Source: Lytechinus pictus (lineage: Eukaryota). From it: a DNA stretch of 64,000 nt. Positions 37,101 through 50,519 of the stretch are shown here, in pieces (the first letter of the stretch is position 1; every line of letters begins with the position of its first letter). Both the position numbers and the translations under genes were made by a program. The notes under the pieces are model-generated. The model saw nothing but the letters and a program-made list of their open reading frames with translations, was not told where the DNA came from and ran no database searches. The stretch is from assembly GCF_037042905.1 (NCBI RefSeq), contig NC_087245.1:25670001-25734000 (forward strand). Direction: 5' to 3'.

Positions 37101-37613
37101 TTTGATAAATCAATCGAAACTTTGAAAATGACGCGTTTATCTTATTTTACATCCGAATTTGAAGAAATTTCCAGCGTTATGCTTGTTTGTTATCAGTTGT
37201 ATGTTTGGGTGAGGCACACTTCAAAGAGTGTGTGTGATAGCTTCATGGGGTGATGGTCTCAGACGCTTGTATTATCAGTTTTACATGGTCCCTATACAGC
37301 GGGTAGGTCTTTTCCATGCCTGAGCAAACGATTTCTAATTGTATATCCATTTACCATGGAGCTACATGCATTTACCAGTTTTACCTTATCATCCCTGCCT
37401 TGTTCGTTCATCTGTAATGCCTTCTTTCCTCCTGCTAAACATTCTGGTTTATTGTCCTGCTTTCCCTTCACTCTATCATCATTATCGTCATCATCCAATC
37501 ATCACGCTTTTCAACTTTCTCTCACAGTCTCTCTGTTTTTTTCTCCCCTCTGTATCAAAAGTACGAGGTCAGTGCATGGGAAGTCATTCTTTACATTCAT
37601 TATGTAAACTTAC

Positions 37614-37692
37614 CGGTCTGTGCCACTGCATTATGCACCGTGCCTGCCAGAACAAGGACGAGAAGAAGAGCGTGTTTCCACGTGGATGCCAT
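37614..37692 (-). CDS. VWDE: VWDE-like, first coding exon: signal peptide MASTWKHALLLVLVLAGTVHNAVAQT(E)
   Basis: ATG in GACATGG context, hydrophobic core and an AVA-Q cleavage-like site. Consensus phase-1 donor G|GTAAGT; G+AG joins in frame to the next exon, giving AQT-E-CSPEEH, which resembles the vertebrate VWDE N-terminus as I recall it (AQECSP). Confidence 0.85.
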
Positions 37693-39560
37693 GTCCCGCT
37701 GGGCCAGTAGCCCTGGTTTGACAGCCTGACAGAATCCCGATGCTCGACGCATACCTACACCAATTATATTATCCATAGTGAAATGATAAGTAGTACAGCA
37801 GTCCAAACCGAATCGATTTACAAAGTTTCATACCCTTCTCCCGAGTCCAAAGAAAGTGGCTCAACGCATTTATGATATCACCGACTTGAGAAACAACCCC
37901 GGGGAAACAACTTCAATGTGATGAGATCAAATCGATCAATATGTGATACAAACAAATTCAAACTGACAGAGCATCCGAATCTGAAATTCGTCGTCGTTGA
38001 TTCGATGACATCAAAATGTTTGTTTATCCATTAGTATAAACCTTGCCCTACATTATCTTGAAGTTGAGAGGTAGATCTTTTCTCTAGTAGGCCCTCAAAG
38101 ATAAACCCAAAGCATGTCATCAGGTGGGCACACACGCAAAAGACGGAATTGTTATTGAACTTGTCATCTGTAAGTTAGAACATACTTTGTTTCCTTTGGT
38201 TGGATGTTTGTAAATGGCAGACGTGTTTTCTAAACAAAACAGGGTGGGCTGGAGAACGAGAAGCCGAAGTCAGTCAGTGATGATCGAGAACGTTCTTTGA
38301 TGGACAAGTTACACAAATGTTCTCCTATCAAAACAAACTCTTTCATAAAGCCTTTTAAAGGATTGCTTCGGAAAGGTCCGTAGGAGGTAGCCCTAATTAT
38401 GTTAATGACAATACTTGTTCCATGTCGACAATATGCCTATAGAAATTCGTCTTCAGATACATCGTCATTGTCAGCATGCTTCACTTTCATTTAACAGGTA
38501 TTTGAGGTATAATGGCAGAAACATTGTCTCGATCACACAACTTAACTGAAATCCGTTTGTTTCAAGTATTCCAGTAAAAACTAGGATGTATGGATTCCAT
38601 ATGTCTACCCCTTAACCTCCTCTCCTGAGCCGATTTGATTTGCTGAGCTGATGTCCAGGTTAATTCCTCGCATTGTTGAGAATCTGATACATTTGTCAGT
38701 TTCTACAAATGGTGTCCATCTTTCTACGCTCTGTGTCGAAGATTCAGTTCGCACATTGATTCCTGTTTCCCGTGTCTGTTGAAAATATCACTCCGTATTC
38801 TTTTGCTGTTGACAGGTGGGGTAAAGGCTTGATCGCTAAAACAGCCTCCCCTCTCAACGGGCTCAAATCATCGAGGAACCGAATATATAGAAAAGTGTAA
38901 ATAAATTACCCTCTGACGCGTTATACACGGCGGCCTATCTAATTCACCTTGTTATGTTTGCGATCACTAAATGAATATCAGTATGTATACAACATTGGAT
39001 CAATCGTTGGTCCCTGCCGGTTGAAAAGTTTGAGGAAAGGTGGACAAGAAAGTATGAATTGCGGTATAACAAACCGTGCTGATGATCACAAAGCCGTCCG
39101 GTGCTTTTATCGCATGAAGGGAAAGTGGCATAGACCCTCTTTCCGACAAGCTCCTTACGTCATGTTAACAAGTGTGTCACTTTATTCATATCACAATCCA
39201 AGCTCTCGCTTGATTATTAACCCATTCATAGCTCAGCTGGGCCACACACACAATAATCACACAATTTCAAACTATTCTCTTGCAAAATAGCACCCCTTTG
39301 CTTTAGAATGAAAGGATGTGACTCTGAAGAAAAGATTGGAGACACGTCCGTATCGCTTGGATTCCTCCACAACACTACGACTTCGACTCAATGAATCTGA
39401 TGGTAAAGTGTGAGCAGAAATCATATTTACATAGTCTCATCACATACTCTATAAGGTATATCATTGCATGTCGCCAACTGTTTTACCAGGTGACCCTCAC
39501 TAAAAATTCCCTGATGAATACTATGAATATGAATACTCGTAGCATGAGAGGGAATATGTA

Positions 39561-39812
39561 GAGATGGTCGAGTGGATATTTCTCCGGGTGTTAGAGTAGA
39601 TCATAAGATTAGGGATTCGGTTTCCGTTTTTGCCACTCTCGATACAGGTGAGATAAATGGGTAATCGGTAAGGATTTATTCCTTTAAATGCTGAAGTGCT
39701 TTATCGGCAGTTATTATGCTGATGCTGGATTAATAAATGATATCCATCGCTTAGAAACATACAGCGCAATATGAATAATTCGCTTTCTTATTATTTTAAT
39801 TATCATCATTAT
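39561..39812 (+). mobile_element. Degenerate tRNA-derived SINE
   Basis: A-box-like TGGTCGAGTGG, core CAGGTGAGATAAATGGGTA, ATT/ATC-rich tail. Confidence 0.5.
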
Positions 39813-40909
39813 CAATATTTTTACCATATATGATAAAGGCAAGATCGGTTTAGAGAATGTTGTAGTAGCTTTAAGGCGTAGCAGAACATTCGAATGATAA
39901 CACAACTTCCTTGGGATCTGAAACTCACTTCTTTGGAGATGTGTCAAATACTCCTTTTAGATATTCACTCAGTATAATATAAGTGCCTTGGATATAGACT
40001 AGTTTCTAGTGGGAAGATCTTTCTGAGTCATTTAAAGTTCACGACACGATGCTTTCTTTCTTTCTTCGGAGGTATAAAAAACCCACCGTAAAAGGATGTC
40101 ACTCGTAAAAAAACTTCTCATAAAGGAGGTTTTAGTATTCTTGTTTTTACTTCTCACCTATTATGAGGAGCCGTGAGAGATCGAATCCACAATAAATAGA
40201 TTTCCAACGGATAGGGATCATTGAGTGAGATGAAAAGACAAACGGCTGATTGCACGAATAGTCGGATCCTTCTCCTCTTAAAAAATCAGAGAACCATGCA
40301 ACTGGATAGCATGCATGACTGAAATCATAATTGGTAGTAATATATTGGTATAAGACTACTTTTTAGGTCAAATAAACTATTCATACTACTTCTATTAGCT
40401 TTAGTAGGGGGTTGCGGTTTAGGCTTTTTAAAAAAGAGAAATTATATTCCGATATGATATTAAAAAACGTTCACAATTGAAAACATCGTATGAAAATCTA
40501 TAAGTAATTTTTCATAATAAGGTGTTCAAGGTAAACGTCACTTTAAAACATCATTCACGATTTCGGTAAAACATTAAACCATTTCTTCGAATCATAGCAT
40601 TGTGAATGCTCAGTAAGATTTGATTTGGCAATTTCAATTGCTCGCAATCCTCGTTTGTTTTAACTCTAGCACCTGATACTTCTCTTGAGATATGTTACGG
40701 TTCATATTTACCAATATTTGTTTATTTCTTTCTCATTGAATTATTAATTCATTTGTCCATCAATATGTTTTCATGTTTAATGACCGATTTGTATTATCGT
40801 TCTTTATCCCCCTTGACCCCCTTTTCATTCATTTGCTAACTTGATGATGATGATGGTCCACAGTTTTTTTGCGCCATATTTATGTTGAGAACATTCGGAG
40901 GCGCATATA

Positions 40910-41118
40910 CACTCTAAAAAAGAAATGTTAACTAAACATTTGAAAGGTTGGAGGGAGTGACAACATTTTCTAAATGTTGCATTTACCACTTTAAATGGTT
41001 CTACCCAACACTTAAAATGTTGGGTTCAGCTTTATACAAGGTTGGATGTAACATTTGGAAAAGGTTGTCACTCCTCCAACCTTTCAAATGTTGAATTAAC
41101 ATTCAAATTTTTAGAGTG
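40910..41118. mobile_element. Fold-back MITE, CACTCTAAAAA ends, TA flanks
   Basis: ~75-bp imperfect TIRs (AACATTTGAAAGGTTGGAGG.AGTGACAAC); TA at 40908-40909 and 41119-41120. Confidence 0.85.
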
Positions 41119-41167
41119 TAGGGTTTGTACAATAGCAGCACCCCAGGAATTGCTTTTGCAACTTTAA

Positions 41168-41558
41168 AGGTATTGTTTAACTTTGTGAGCAGCCGATTAA
41201 AAAAATTCTCAAACCAACATGAAACATGTGTACAAGTGCATGTATTAGAACTAATAAACCCTGAAAACAACCATTATTGAGAATGAAAAGCTAAAACTAC
41301 AAGGCAAACCCCGATTTTGTCAATAGGCGTCTTATAGACGCCTAAATAGTACACATAAGTGTATGGGATGAAATTAAGATGGTGTTTTCGGTCACTTTAT
41401 ATTTCAATTTTTGAAGCAAAAAAAAAAAGCACTAAATAATTATTTTCGAACGCAATTTTTTCTAGGCTTCATTTTTGTAACATATCACAGACACAGGTGA
41501 CAAGTGTGACCTTCTAGCTCAGATTTTTAAAAAGTCAAACCAATGTTAACCAATCACT
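41168..41558. mobile_element. Non-autonomous TTAA-target element (Kolobok-like)
   Basis: TTAA flanks; imperfect TIR AGGTATTGTTTAAC / GTTAACCAATCACT. Confidence 0.65.
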
Positions 41559-42279
41559 TTAAGGGTGTAGTATAGCCGACTCTGTTAAACACCCTATAGG
41601 GTACATGCAATAAGGGTTCAAATTTGGAACCTTTTAGTGTTAAGCATTATGCACCTTAAAAGGTAAACACTTGCACCTTTTTAGGGTGCAAACGAGCATG
41701 TCATACAAATAATGATAACAAGGTGCAAAAAAGTGCAAGTTTTAGGTGCAAGTTTACATCCGAAAAGGTTGGTACCATTAAATGTTCATTTAGGGTACAA
41801 ACAATTCTTAGTGTATAATTACTGCACATATTCTTTCAAATGGACTTTCCCTTTTGGTTGTAGATTACTAGTTTTATATTTTGAGAGTGGTTTGCAGCAT
41901 TTAATGACAATCGCAACTTCAATAACTCTCAATAAGAGGAGTTTGATAATTATCAACCATAACAATATACAAATGCACTCTTTATAATTTGAGGTTTCTC
42001 ACAACATGAACTGATTTGACGTGAAACGTGTGAACGGATGAATGTTTGGTCGGTTTGGTCTAGGCACAATAGCTCCATGGTCTAGGCATATGGAGCAAAA
42101 AACATGATACCGAAAGGCTCTCTTCAATCCTTTTACCACCATTACTAGTCCTACCAGGAATAGGATTTTGGGCTGGGGGACAAGATGGTGTGGACATAAA
42201 ATGAGAATTAATGGTTTTTGTACAAAAGAAACGGAAGATAATACGATTGAAAGGAAAAGTGAACGCTCTATCGGGTCTG

Positions 42280-42424
42280 GGGCCCGTTGCAGAAAGAGTC
42301 GCGTTTAAACGCAAACCAAAAAATCAACCGCAAGTCCCAAATGCGCGCTGATGATTGGTTGAAAATCAAGTTGCGCATGATTTTTAGAATTGCGATTGAT
42401 TGCAAACCTTTCTTCAACGGGCCC
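42280..42424. mobile_element. PIF/Harbinger-like MITE with CTG TSD
   Basis: TIR GGGCCCGTTGCAGAAAG / CTTTCTTCAACGGGCCC; CTG at 42277-42279 and 42425-42427. Confidence 0.85.
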
Positions 42425-42789
42425 CTGGTCAGTTTCAATAGAGAACACTGCTCTCCATTTGGAATCATGTGTTGTTGTTTTTTAATCCAACTCTTTTTAC
42501 TCGAGGAAATAGATTATGTCCCGGAAGCCACAAGTGAAAGCAATAAATGGTCGAGATGAATAATAAACGATTTTTAAAAAAAACATTGAGAGTTGGGATT
42601 TCGTATGGGGCTACTCACGCCGAAAGACGCACAGATATAATTATGACGTGTGAAGTACGATGTAAATATTGATAACAATAATAATTGAAAACACTGTTTC
42701 AATAGCGTTCGTGGCAGAGATGGGGTTGCCTGACATTGTTCAATAGGCATCAATATGGCGCGCGCCTACATGTATATCTCTCAATCAAT

Positions 42790-42944
42790 TTCTGTTTTAT
42801 TTTATATATGTATTTGTTTGTACATTGCATGTTCGTATTTTTTAAACGTGTTCACTGGACCCCTCAGAAGAACAGCCCGTAGGTGAAGAGGGTCATCTAG
42901 CCCACGAGTGGAGAAGAAATAAATAAAAATAAAAATAAATAAAA
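42790..42944 (+). mobile_element. L2/CR1-like LINE 3' terminus
   Basis: T-rich UTR, GACCCCTCAGAAGAACAGCC..TGAAGAGGGTC stem-like motif, then AATAAA-repeat tail. Confidence 0.5.
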
Positions 42945-43333
42945 TGTCGCATAATCGTGGCGTATACAAAATACTAAAACAAAATTGAATATGTTATTAT
43001 AAGAAAAATACTCTTTCCTCATCTGCATGATGTATATTAATATATCATTCATAAGTCACTTTAACAGTAATTAGATTAGTTAAGGTATGATATTTTTTCA
43101 CTCACTCATTAGAGAGTAATAAAAAAACTTGAAACTTCGAAGTCGAAAATTGATTAGAAATATTTAAAAACACGTAATATCATATATATCCTGATAGAGT
43201 ATCTTCTCCCGAATAATTTGATACCATTTGTATGGGGTATACATTTACGTTTGGATAATATGAAGGTATTCTTTGCTGTGATGGAAAATTTGATTTGTGT
43301 CTAAGTAAGGCATGATTGCAAGGGATGAATCCA

Positions 43334-43598
43334 GGGCCCCGTCTTACAAAGACTTGCGATTGATCTGATTAATCTCAACTATGGAAAGCCAGCAAATGTC
43401 TCCTCAAAATATTTTCTAGATATGATGTATATTCATACATTCACTGTATTTTTGTCAATTCAGTATGCCTCTCTCTGTTTTTAAAGGATGTCGTGCAAAT
43501 TTCCTTTGGGAAAAATATTTTGACATTAATGGATTTACACATGCTTGATTCTGATCTGATCAATCGTAACCATGGTAACTCTTTGTAAGCCGGAGCCC
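43334..43598. mobile_element. PIF/Harbinger-like MITE
   Basis: TIR GGGCCCCGTCTTACAAAGA / TCTTTGTAAGCCGGAGCCC. Confidence 0.75.
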
Positions 43599-45411
43599 AA
43601 ATGTCCATGTCATATTCTACATGAGCTGAATTATAGTAAAATGTCTTTATCAAACAATCTCTTTTTATTTGTTTGCAAACTGCAATGTGCAAATGATTAA
43701 CTAATAATTTGATCTCAAATAGATGATAATATGTTGTTCTTATGATAGGTTGCAAAGATGTAGATTACTATTTAAAAATATTTAAAAATATATGAGACAA
43801 AAACATTTTAATATATTATGAAGACTGCCTCTGATATCGGGTTTCTTTTTCTTTCTCAGACGCACAGACTGTATATAGGCCTATATAAATATTATGTATA
43901 ATGATGAATATAATTTTCACGTCTATAAGAGTTTAAGAATTCTGAAATTATTCGATTTGATTGGTTAATAGTAAACTTGTTATTGAAATCGTGCATTTGT
44001 TATTGCAATAGGTCTTTATGAAACAGCACCCAGAGGTCAAACGATATATAGGCGAACTGTCAGCCTCATATCTTACAGCGAAGTATGAACGAATTTAAGA
44101 GAAAGTTGTAAATAATTCTTTTGTCGGCATGACAAAGAATCTAAGAATAACATATAAAATATAATTAAAAGTAAATAAACCCAGGATAGCAAGTAAAACA
44201 AAAGTATTTGAAAAGGGAAAAGCCTGCATTGCATTAATCCGATAGAGAAAGTAGATTTTTAAAAAGACGATGAGCGAGATAGAGAGCGAATTCGGATGTA
44301 TGTGTGTGTATGGGTGTTGGTGTGTATGTGAGGGTGTGTGTGTGTGTGTGTGCATAGGGGAGTGCGTTTTGAAAGTGTGAAATAGAGAAAGGGACAGCAT
44401 GCATGCAGAGATATAACAGTATACCCTTTCTCTATATCCCCACCTGCATAACTTAATTCACCTACCCACATGAAATATAATTTATTGATGATAGTTTCGT
44501 TCATCAATATGTATATCATTTCGTTTCTTTTCTTTCCATTATTGTTTTCCCCCAATTTCTCATGTATAGTTTTGAAGTATTTTCATGTTTAGTTGTAGGC
44601 CCTAATGACATGAATAATGTTTTCGTTGTATTTTTTAATATATCTCTTGCACTATTCATGGCCTTGATGAAAAACAACTTTAGGCTGATAGTAGGCTTCT
44701 TAATCGTTATTAAATAAATACAAATACAAATACAATTAAGACATCGAAGTCAAGATTGTTATTCTTCATTTAATTCATTAAAAGAGATCCTCACCCGAAT
44801 CGGCAAAACGCTCGATGTCCACTTACTCGTCACACAAACACAATTTTTTTAAATTTTGTTAAAGTCCAACTAAAGAGGGAGACATACACCAAACATATAT
44901 TTATAAATTGACCAATTTCGTTTACGCCAAGTTCGCTTATAATATTTATTCTTCAGTTTAGCATTCAGTTCACAAAAAGGAAATTTAATGAATACAAATT
45001 TTATGATAACGCTTGAATATTTTTTTTAGTTCAGTTTGTTCAGTTTCTATTTTATATCATATATATTTGGTTACCGATATTTTGCAAACAAATATTAAAT
45101 GAAATGTGATTTTGACAATTTAAAGAGGTACTCTCTATGGGGAGGAAATGAAGAGAATTTAACTGTCAATCATAAAAACGATGGAAGCGGAATAAGAATT
45201 TCATGTACTTGACATTTACTTTGAAACAGTTCCAATAATATAAATCTATACCCTTTCACAATGTACAAATGTTTGGCTGGCCAAAGATGTGGTTCAAGTT
45301 TGATCTCTTTGGTCATGTTGGTTGGAATCTAACGGATAATCTTTTGGTTTAGAGGCAGCTTTCTTATGTATATCAAGTATTCAAGCCTTCCTCATTCTCT
45401 TTTCCCTTTAA

Positions 45412-45914
45412 AGGGGAAGTTAATCCTAACAAAAAGTTTATTGTAAAAATAGCAGAAGAAAAATAAAAAATATTGCCGAACGTTTGAGAGAAATCTATCA
45501 AAGAATAAAAAAAGTTATTAGAATCTTAATTGTTTGGTTTGTGACGTCATATGCGAGCAGCTTTCGTACATATCGAATGGTAAAAAAAATCAATGAAATG
45601 TCACCTTCTCAGAAAATCGAAAAACGGTTTTAATGTGACATTCATTCTATCAATAGAAAAATCATTTCATACCCGTACCTAAAAAGAAAACAAAAATAAG
45701 TCTTCGCAAACAATGAAAAATATTAAAATTTATATGCATTTTATATTGCATAACATATGGGGCAGATGCTCGTTTATGACGTCATAAATCCAAAACTTAA
45801 AATTCTGATAACTTCCTTATTCTTTAATGGATTTTCTTCAAACCTTCTACAGTAATTTTTATTACCTTTTCTGCTATTTTTACACCAAACTTTTCTTCAG
45901 GGTGTACTTCGCCT
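45412..45914. mobile_element. Non-autonomous TTAA-target DNA transposon (Kolobok-like)
   Basis: TTAA flanks; AGGGGAAGT / ACTTCGCCT; long subterminal inverted repeats (GTAAAAATAGCAGAA / TTCTGCTATTTTTAC; TGACGTCA near both arms). Confidence 0.82.
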
Positions 45915-46244
45915 TTAAGTATTTAGCTCGGTCTTCCATAAAATGTCGCGATCGATTTTTAATTGATATACATGTACAATGTCGGTCACGCCCCATCTAT
46001 TGTTCATGGTCCTAACAACTCGTGTAACTTGCGAAAGATTCATATTTTATAGAATTGTCTAACCTATAATTACCGACCATATCCAGGAGAAAAAAGATAT
46101 GTACGGTATCTGTGAAAATACAATGATAAAGAAATAGATTTAAAAACATATTAATTCAAATTTCGATATTTTTTATTGATAAAATCATAGTTGTTTTAAA
46201 TCTATCATCAAAATCACTAACGATGATTTTTATTTCTTTAATTG

Positions 46245-46520
46245 TTAGATAAATAGATAGATAGATAATAGATAAATGGTATTTATTATGATAAAATTCA
46301 ATTAGCAGCCAAAGGCTGCTTTACATGAATTTGTACAGAGTAAAATTACAGTCTACAAACAGATAAACAAACAGTAAAAAAAGTATATCAATGTATAACA
46401 TAATTGAAGGGGATACAGAACAAAGGAAAAAGTAGTGTCAGAAAGAAGAATGGAAAGAGATTAGCAGTAGACTAAAGTTAAATGTAGCATTTCAACGAAA
46501 TGAACATTTTTAACATTAGG
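46245..46520 (-). mobile_element. Probable LINE 3' end
   Basis: Minus strand: T-rich UTR, hairpin AGCAGCCTTTGGCTGCT, AATAAA and (TATC)n-like tail. Confidence 0.45.
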
Positions 46521-48445
46521 ATATATTTGAGCAATATTTGAAGAATAACAATAGATATCCGTGTAATAGAAATTATACTTTTTTTTAAAGAAAACAAATA
46601 AATGAATCTAATGATATAGGGGTGAATTGAAAGAGGGACACATGTATTTCGTACAAAAAAAAATAATTGAAACAGTAACTTGGGTTGTAATTGTTCTCGG
46701 TATGCTTGATAACAATTATACAACACATATCTTAAGAGGAATTAAATTAATAATCGCGTATTCAATTTGTCTCCTAATGCCACTGTTTCCTTTGTTATGT
46801 CATACCTGCATACAGGCACTTGAATTACTGCAGTGGGCCTTTTGGTTTAATAACAATGCTAATGTCTGAGTTTGATTAGCCGTATCTTTGCTATCGGGTG
46901 ATAGTAAATTATGAATCTAGACCAAAGTTATGAAGTTGATGCATGTCAATGAATCTGCTCAAATTCGAATTATGATTATTCAGTATGATGTTCATACTCT
47001 CCATCAGTTGGATATGAAACATTCTCACCAATTCCTCTGACTTCTTGGAAACAGGTAACAATCGACCTGCACACGGCGGCCCACATCGTCATAATCATAT
47101 TCCGCCTTTTAATAGAGCGCCTATATGCAAATACATTATCGACCCGGTGGTCGGATTCCGAGACACAAAAGGTATACACTTTCTCCATTCCCTTGGGAAC
47201 ATACCAGCAAGAGCTTACAAACTCGGCAAGCTTACAAGCTCATCGCCATGCCACATTCATGACATTGGCTTTATCCAACCTGGAATCCCATCACCGTGCA
47301 CCAAGAACGTTGAATGCAGGTCGCACGGGCCTATTAACATCATGAAGTCATCAGATATTCATTCGAGCCAACCCATTCTCAAAACATGGCTGATTGACAA
47401 AGTGTATGATTATGATTGACCATTTCACAATGATTCTAATTTTGGTAATTACGGTTATTAAATACTAAACTTCCTTGTCCCAAATTGGGAAGAAATATCA
47501 CCAACGTTGGAACTTTATTTTGACTGGCGGAAAGATAAGGACTATTTTACTGTTTCAGGTGATGAATTTGATCCCTCAAGAGATTCTTTTATGAGCGCCG
47601 ATTTATTTTTAAAATGAGCCGGTCGAGGGTCTGTTTTCTGGGCAGATATGTATTGTCAGATATTCAGCCTATCCACTGGTAGTAAACATTTGACCCTCAA
47701 ATTTCATTCTTATTTTTTATGAATTTTTAAAAAGTACGATTTTAACACACGCGTCTATGGGAAATGTTTTAGGCCTGTGATACCTGCAGGGTCTTTTGCA
47801 AGCGTAAACGATGCTCCTACGCCCTCAGCGTGCATTTGGCTGTGAAGCTTGGAACACTCTTACTTGACATCAAAGGACGTAATGAGACTGAGTTCGAGCG
47901 ACCTGCTGCCCGTTTTACTCAGTATTACAGATGATGTCGAAGAGGACCATCAGCTATTTTCTTGTCAAGAAAATAGCACGAACGGCCTTGAGTGCTTCTT
48001 GCACAGTTTAGTTTGTTTCAAAAGATTCACTACACTCAAATCTAATTGCCTTTCTCTCTCCTCACATTCTTGCAGAAATGACCAATATAAATATATACAT
48101 GTAAACTAAAGGGTACAGTACCAGGCACCCAGTTCTCCTCGACTTTTTTGCGGTTTTTTTTTTATTTCAGCACCATTCGCAGGCAATTGCTATTTACTTT
48201 ATTTAGGCTCTTTTGGTGGGAATAACTTATTTGAAGGGTATCAAAGTAGTCAGTTTCACTACTTAAAGATGTGAAATTAGGAGATTTCCCTGGTCACACA
48301 ACAATATATATCATGATTATCACTTTCTATATCAAGTTCGCGCCTTAAAGGGTGTACTTTCTCATTGTTTACGCCTCTGAGGGTTCCACATTTAGTAAAG
48401 GTGCATTTCTGACGATATTGAACAAAAGTAGATAGCAGTCAATCT

Positions 48446-48620
48446 GCCGTTGCCGATTGCTCAAAGGCGCCTGGCTGGCACTTGAAAGTCCGGGGTTCGA
48501 TCCCCGGCTACGGCTCCTATGCCAGTGAGCAGTGCATTTAATCGACAGAGCTCTTTTATCCAGTGAATGGAAATGCTACAGACATGTTTGGTAACAATGT
48601 GTGCACTTGTAAAAAAATGA
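48446..48620 (+). mobile_element. tRNA-derived SINE
   Basis: GCCGTTGCC...GGCTACGGC acceptor-like ends; T-arm CCGGGGTTCGATCCCCGG with a perfect B box; followed by a non-tRNA body. Confidence 0.7.
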
Positions 48621-50519
48621 GTTAGACGTTGAGGGAGTATCCGCTACATTCCATGGGCACCCTTATCGCCGTCTTGATATGGAATCACTTGTCAGCTGCG
48701 CCACTGTAACATCTCCAACAGTGACCCTCTTCCTGCTCTATATCTCAACGGGGTATTGCCTCCTCCTCTTGGATCATAGTTTAATACTGTATGCTGGTAT
48801 ATAGGCTACACGTCTTAGTTCTTACTTCCACACCATCACAGCTTTAACAGGGTATTGTTTCTGAGTTTCCCTGGTTTTACAATAAAAAAGTAAACATTTA
48901 TTTACCAATGTTAAAATGCACTGTCATCTGTGCCAACACAATGCAAAGATATTCAAGTTTAGCTTTTATGGCAAGCTGCTAATTGATGTTAATTATAATG
49001 TTACGCAATACGTTCAACAATAATTATGTTAGACGTCTAATTAGATGATATAGATATCATTAACATGGTTTTGCCGTATAATGTACGTCGTAAGATAAAC
49101 ATCCTAACATGTTAGTTTGATCTTGAGTAGTGATTTGAATATTCAAAGACGACATGACACCAATGAACAAAAAAGATCATGTGCTAATGATTTCTTCCTC
49201 CCAACCCTTTCACATTTTTCCTATTCCCTTTAATCGTTTCTTTCCTTTGACGTAGCCTTTGGGGAAAATATATTTCTGCTCCGATCTTCACTTGCTGTTT
49301 TGCCATTCCCTAAACAAATGTAAGTTATCACTTTTTTACATCCATTTATTTCACTTTTGAAATTATGATGTTTTGTTTGAAAAAAAATATCTTGGATCAG
49401 GGAATACATCTAGTTTGGATGACTTAGCCAGGAGGATATATCTAAATGTAGAAACAGATCACCGCTACAAGAGCTTAGGGTTTTGACAGATTTCCCAGAA
49501 AGGTAGACTTTCACGTTTCACATTGTTATAAAAAACCTTCACCCGTATTTTGTTTTGCTGTTCAAATGGAATAGGATTCCGCTGGGAGACAAATTTCGAT
49601 GGCCTAATTGATATCATGATAAATCCAGAGGTAACGTTGAAGACGATGGTAAGAACTCACCAATATCCAGCGAATCTTAGAACGTTATCGGAACATGACT
49701 ACACTCCTTGGGATCCTTCCAGATTAGGGTATCATACACAAAGGCGGTGTTAAAACGGGGAGGCGTATGACCGCCCCGATATATGACTTTTCATGTATTT
49801 TTTAATGGTAAAACTGAGGGAAGACGAGGGTAGTAAAAAGAACGAATAGTAATCATAGCAGGTCAGGGTCGTGTAACTTGATACAAACCCTGTCATGCCA
49901 TTGACAATAAAACACGACTTCACCTAAAGGAGCTGGCCCCATAACCCCCCCCCCCCCCCCTTCCCGCCGCTATCAGGATATCCCGGCGCCACTACTGAAC
50001 ACGCAGCATCCACGTAGCAAAATGTAAATGTACACCCCGGATTGACAACAAATATCACAAGGCCCTGTTTGGACGCTCTTGGCGCTCCGCGTATAAATTC
50101 AAGTGCAATTATCAATAATACCCAACAATTAAATCATGACAAACTAGCCCGTGGTCATCAACATGCGATGGCCTAATGGAAGCATTTCCTTTCCTACATT
50201 CACGACATTACAGCGCATGAAATGCAAAGTTTGCCCATTTTGAAAGTATATCGAACAAAAATATGAACGATTGGTGTTGTTAAATATGTCTCCAACTGAG
50301 GATACTAATCAAAATAATTTTTATTTAAAATAATGTTCCAGGATTCGGGTTTCTTTTGACTAATGGGGGGGGGGGGGGGGGGACCGGGCACATATTGCGT
50401 AGAATAGTGAGCGTAATTTCATTTTATTTTCAATTTTTGAATGATAACAATTTGCATTTTACATAATTTATGAGGAGGTTTAGCACACTCTCTTTATAAT
50501 GCATATTTTTGTCATTAGA

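Noticed and set aside
47045..47419. 124-aa plus-strand ORF
   Set aside because: Non-ATG start, no recognisable domain, and it overlaps what looks like a decayed antisense SINE.
47849..48109. 86-aa ORF with protein-like composition
   Set aside because: TTG start, no motif I recognise and no partner exons.
48446..48514. Functional tRNA gene
   Set aside because: Good T-arm but degenerate D and anticodon arms, no poly-T terminator, and it runs into a SINE-like body.
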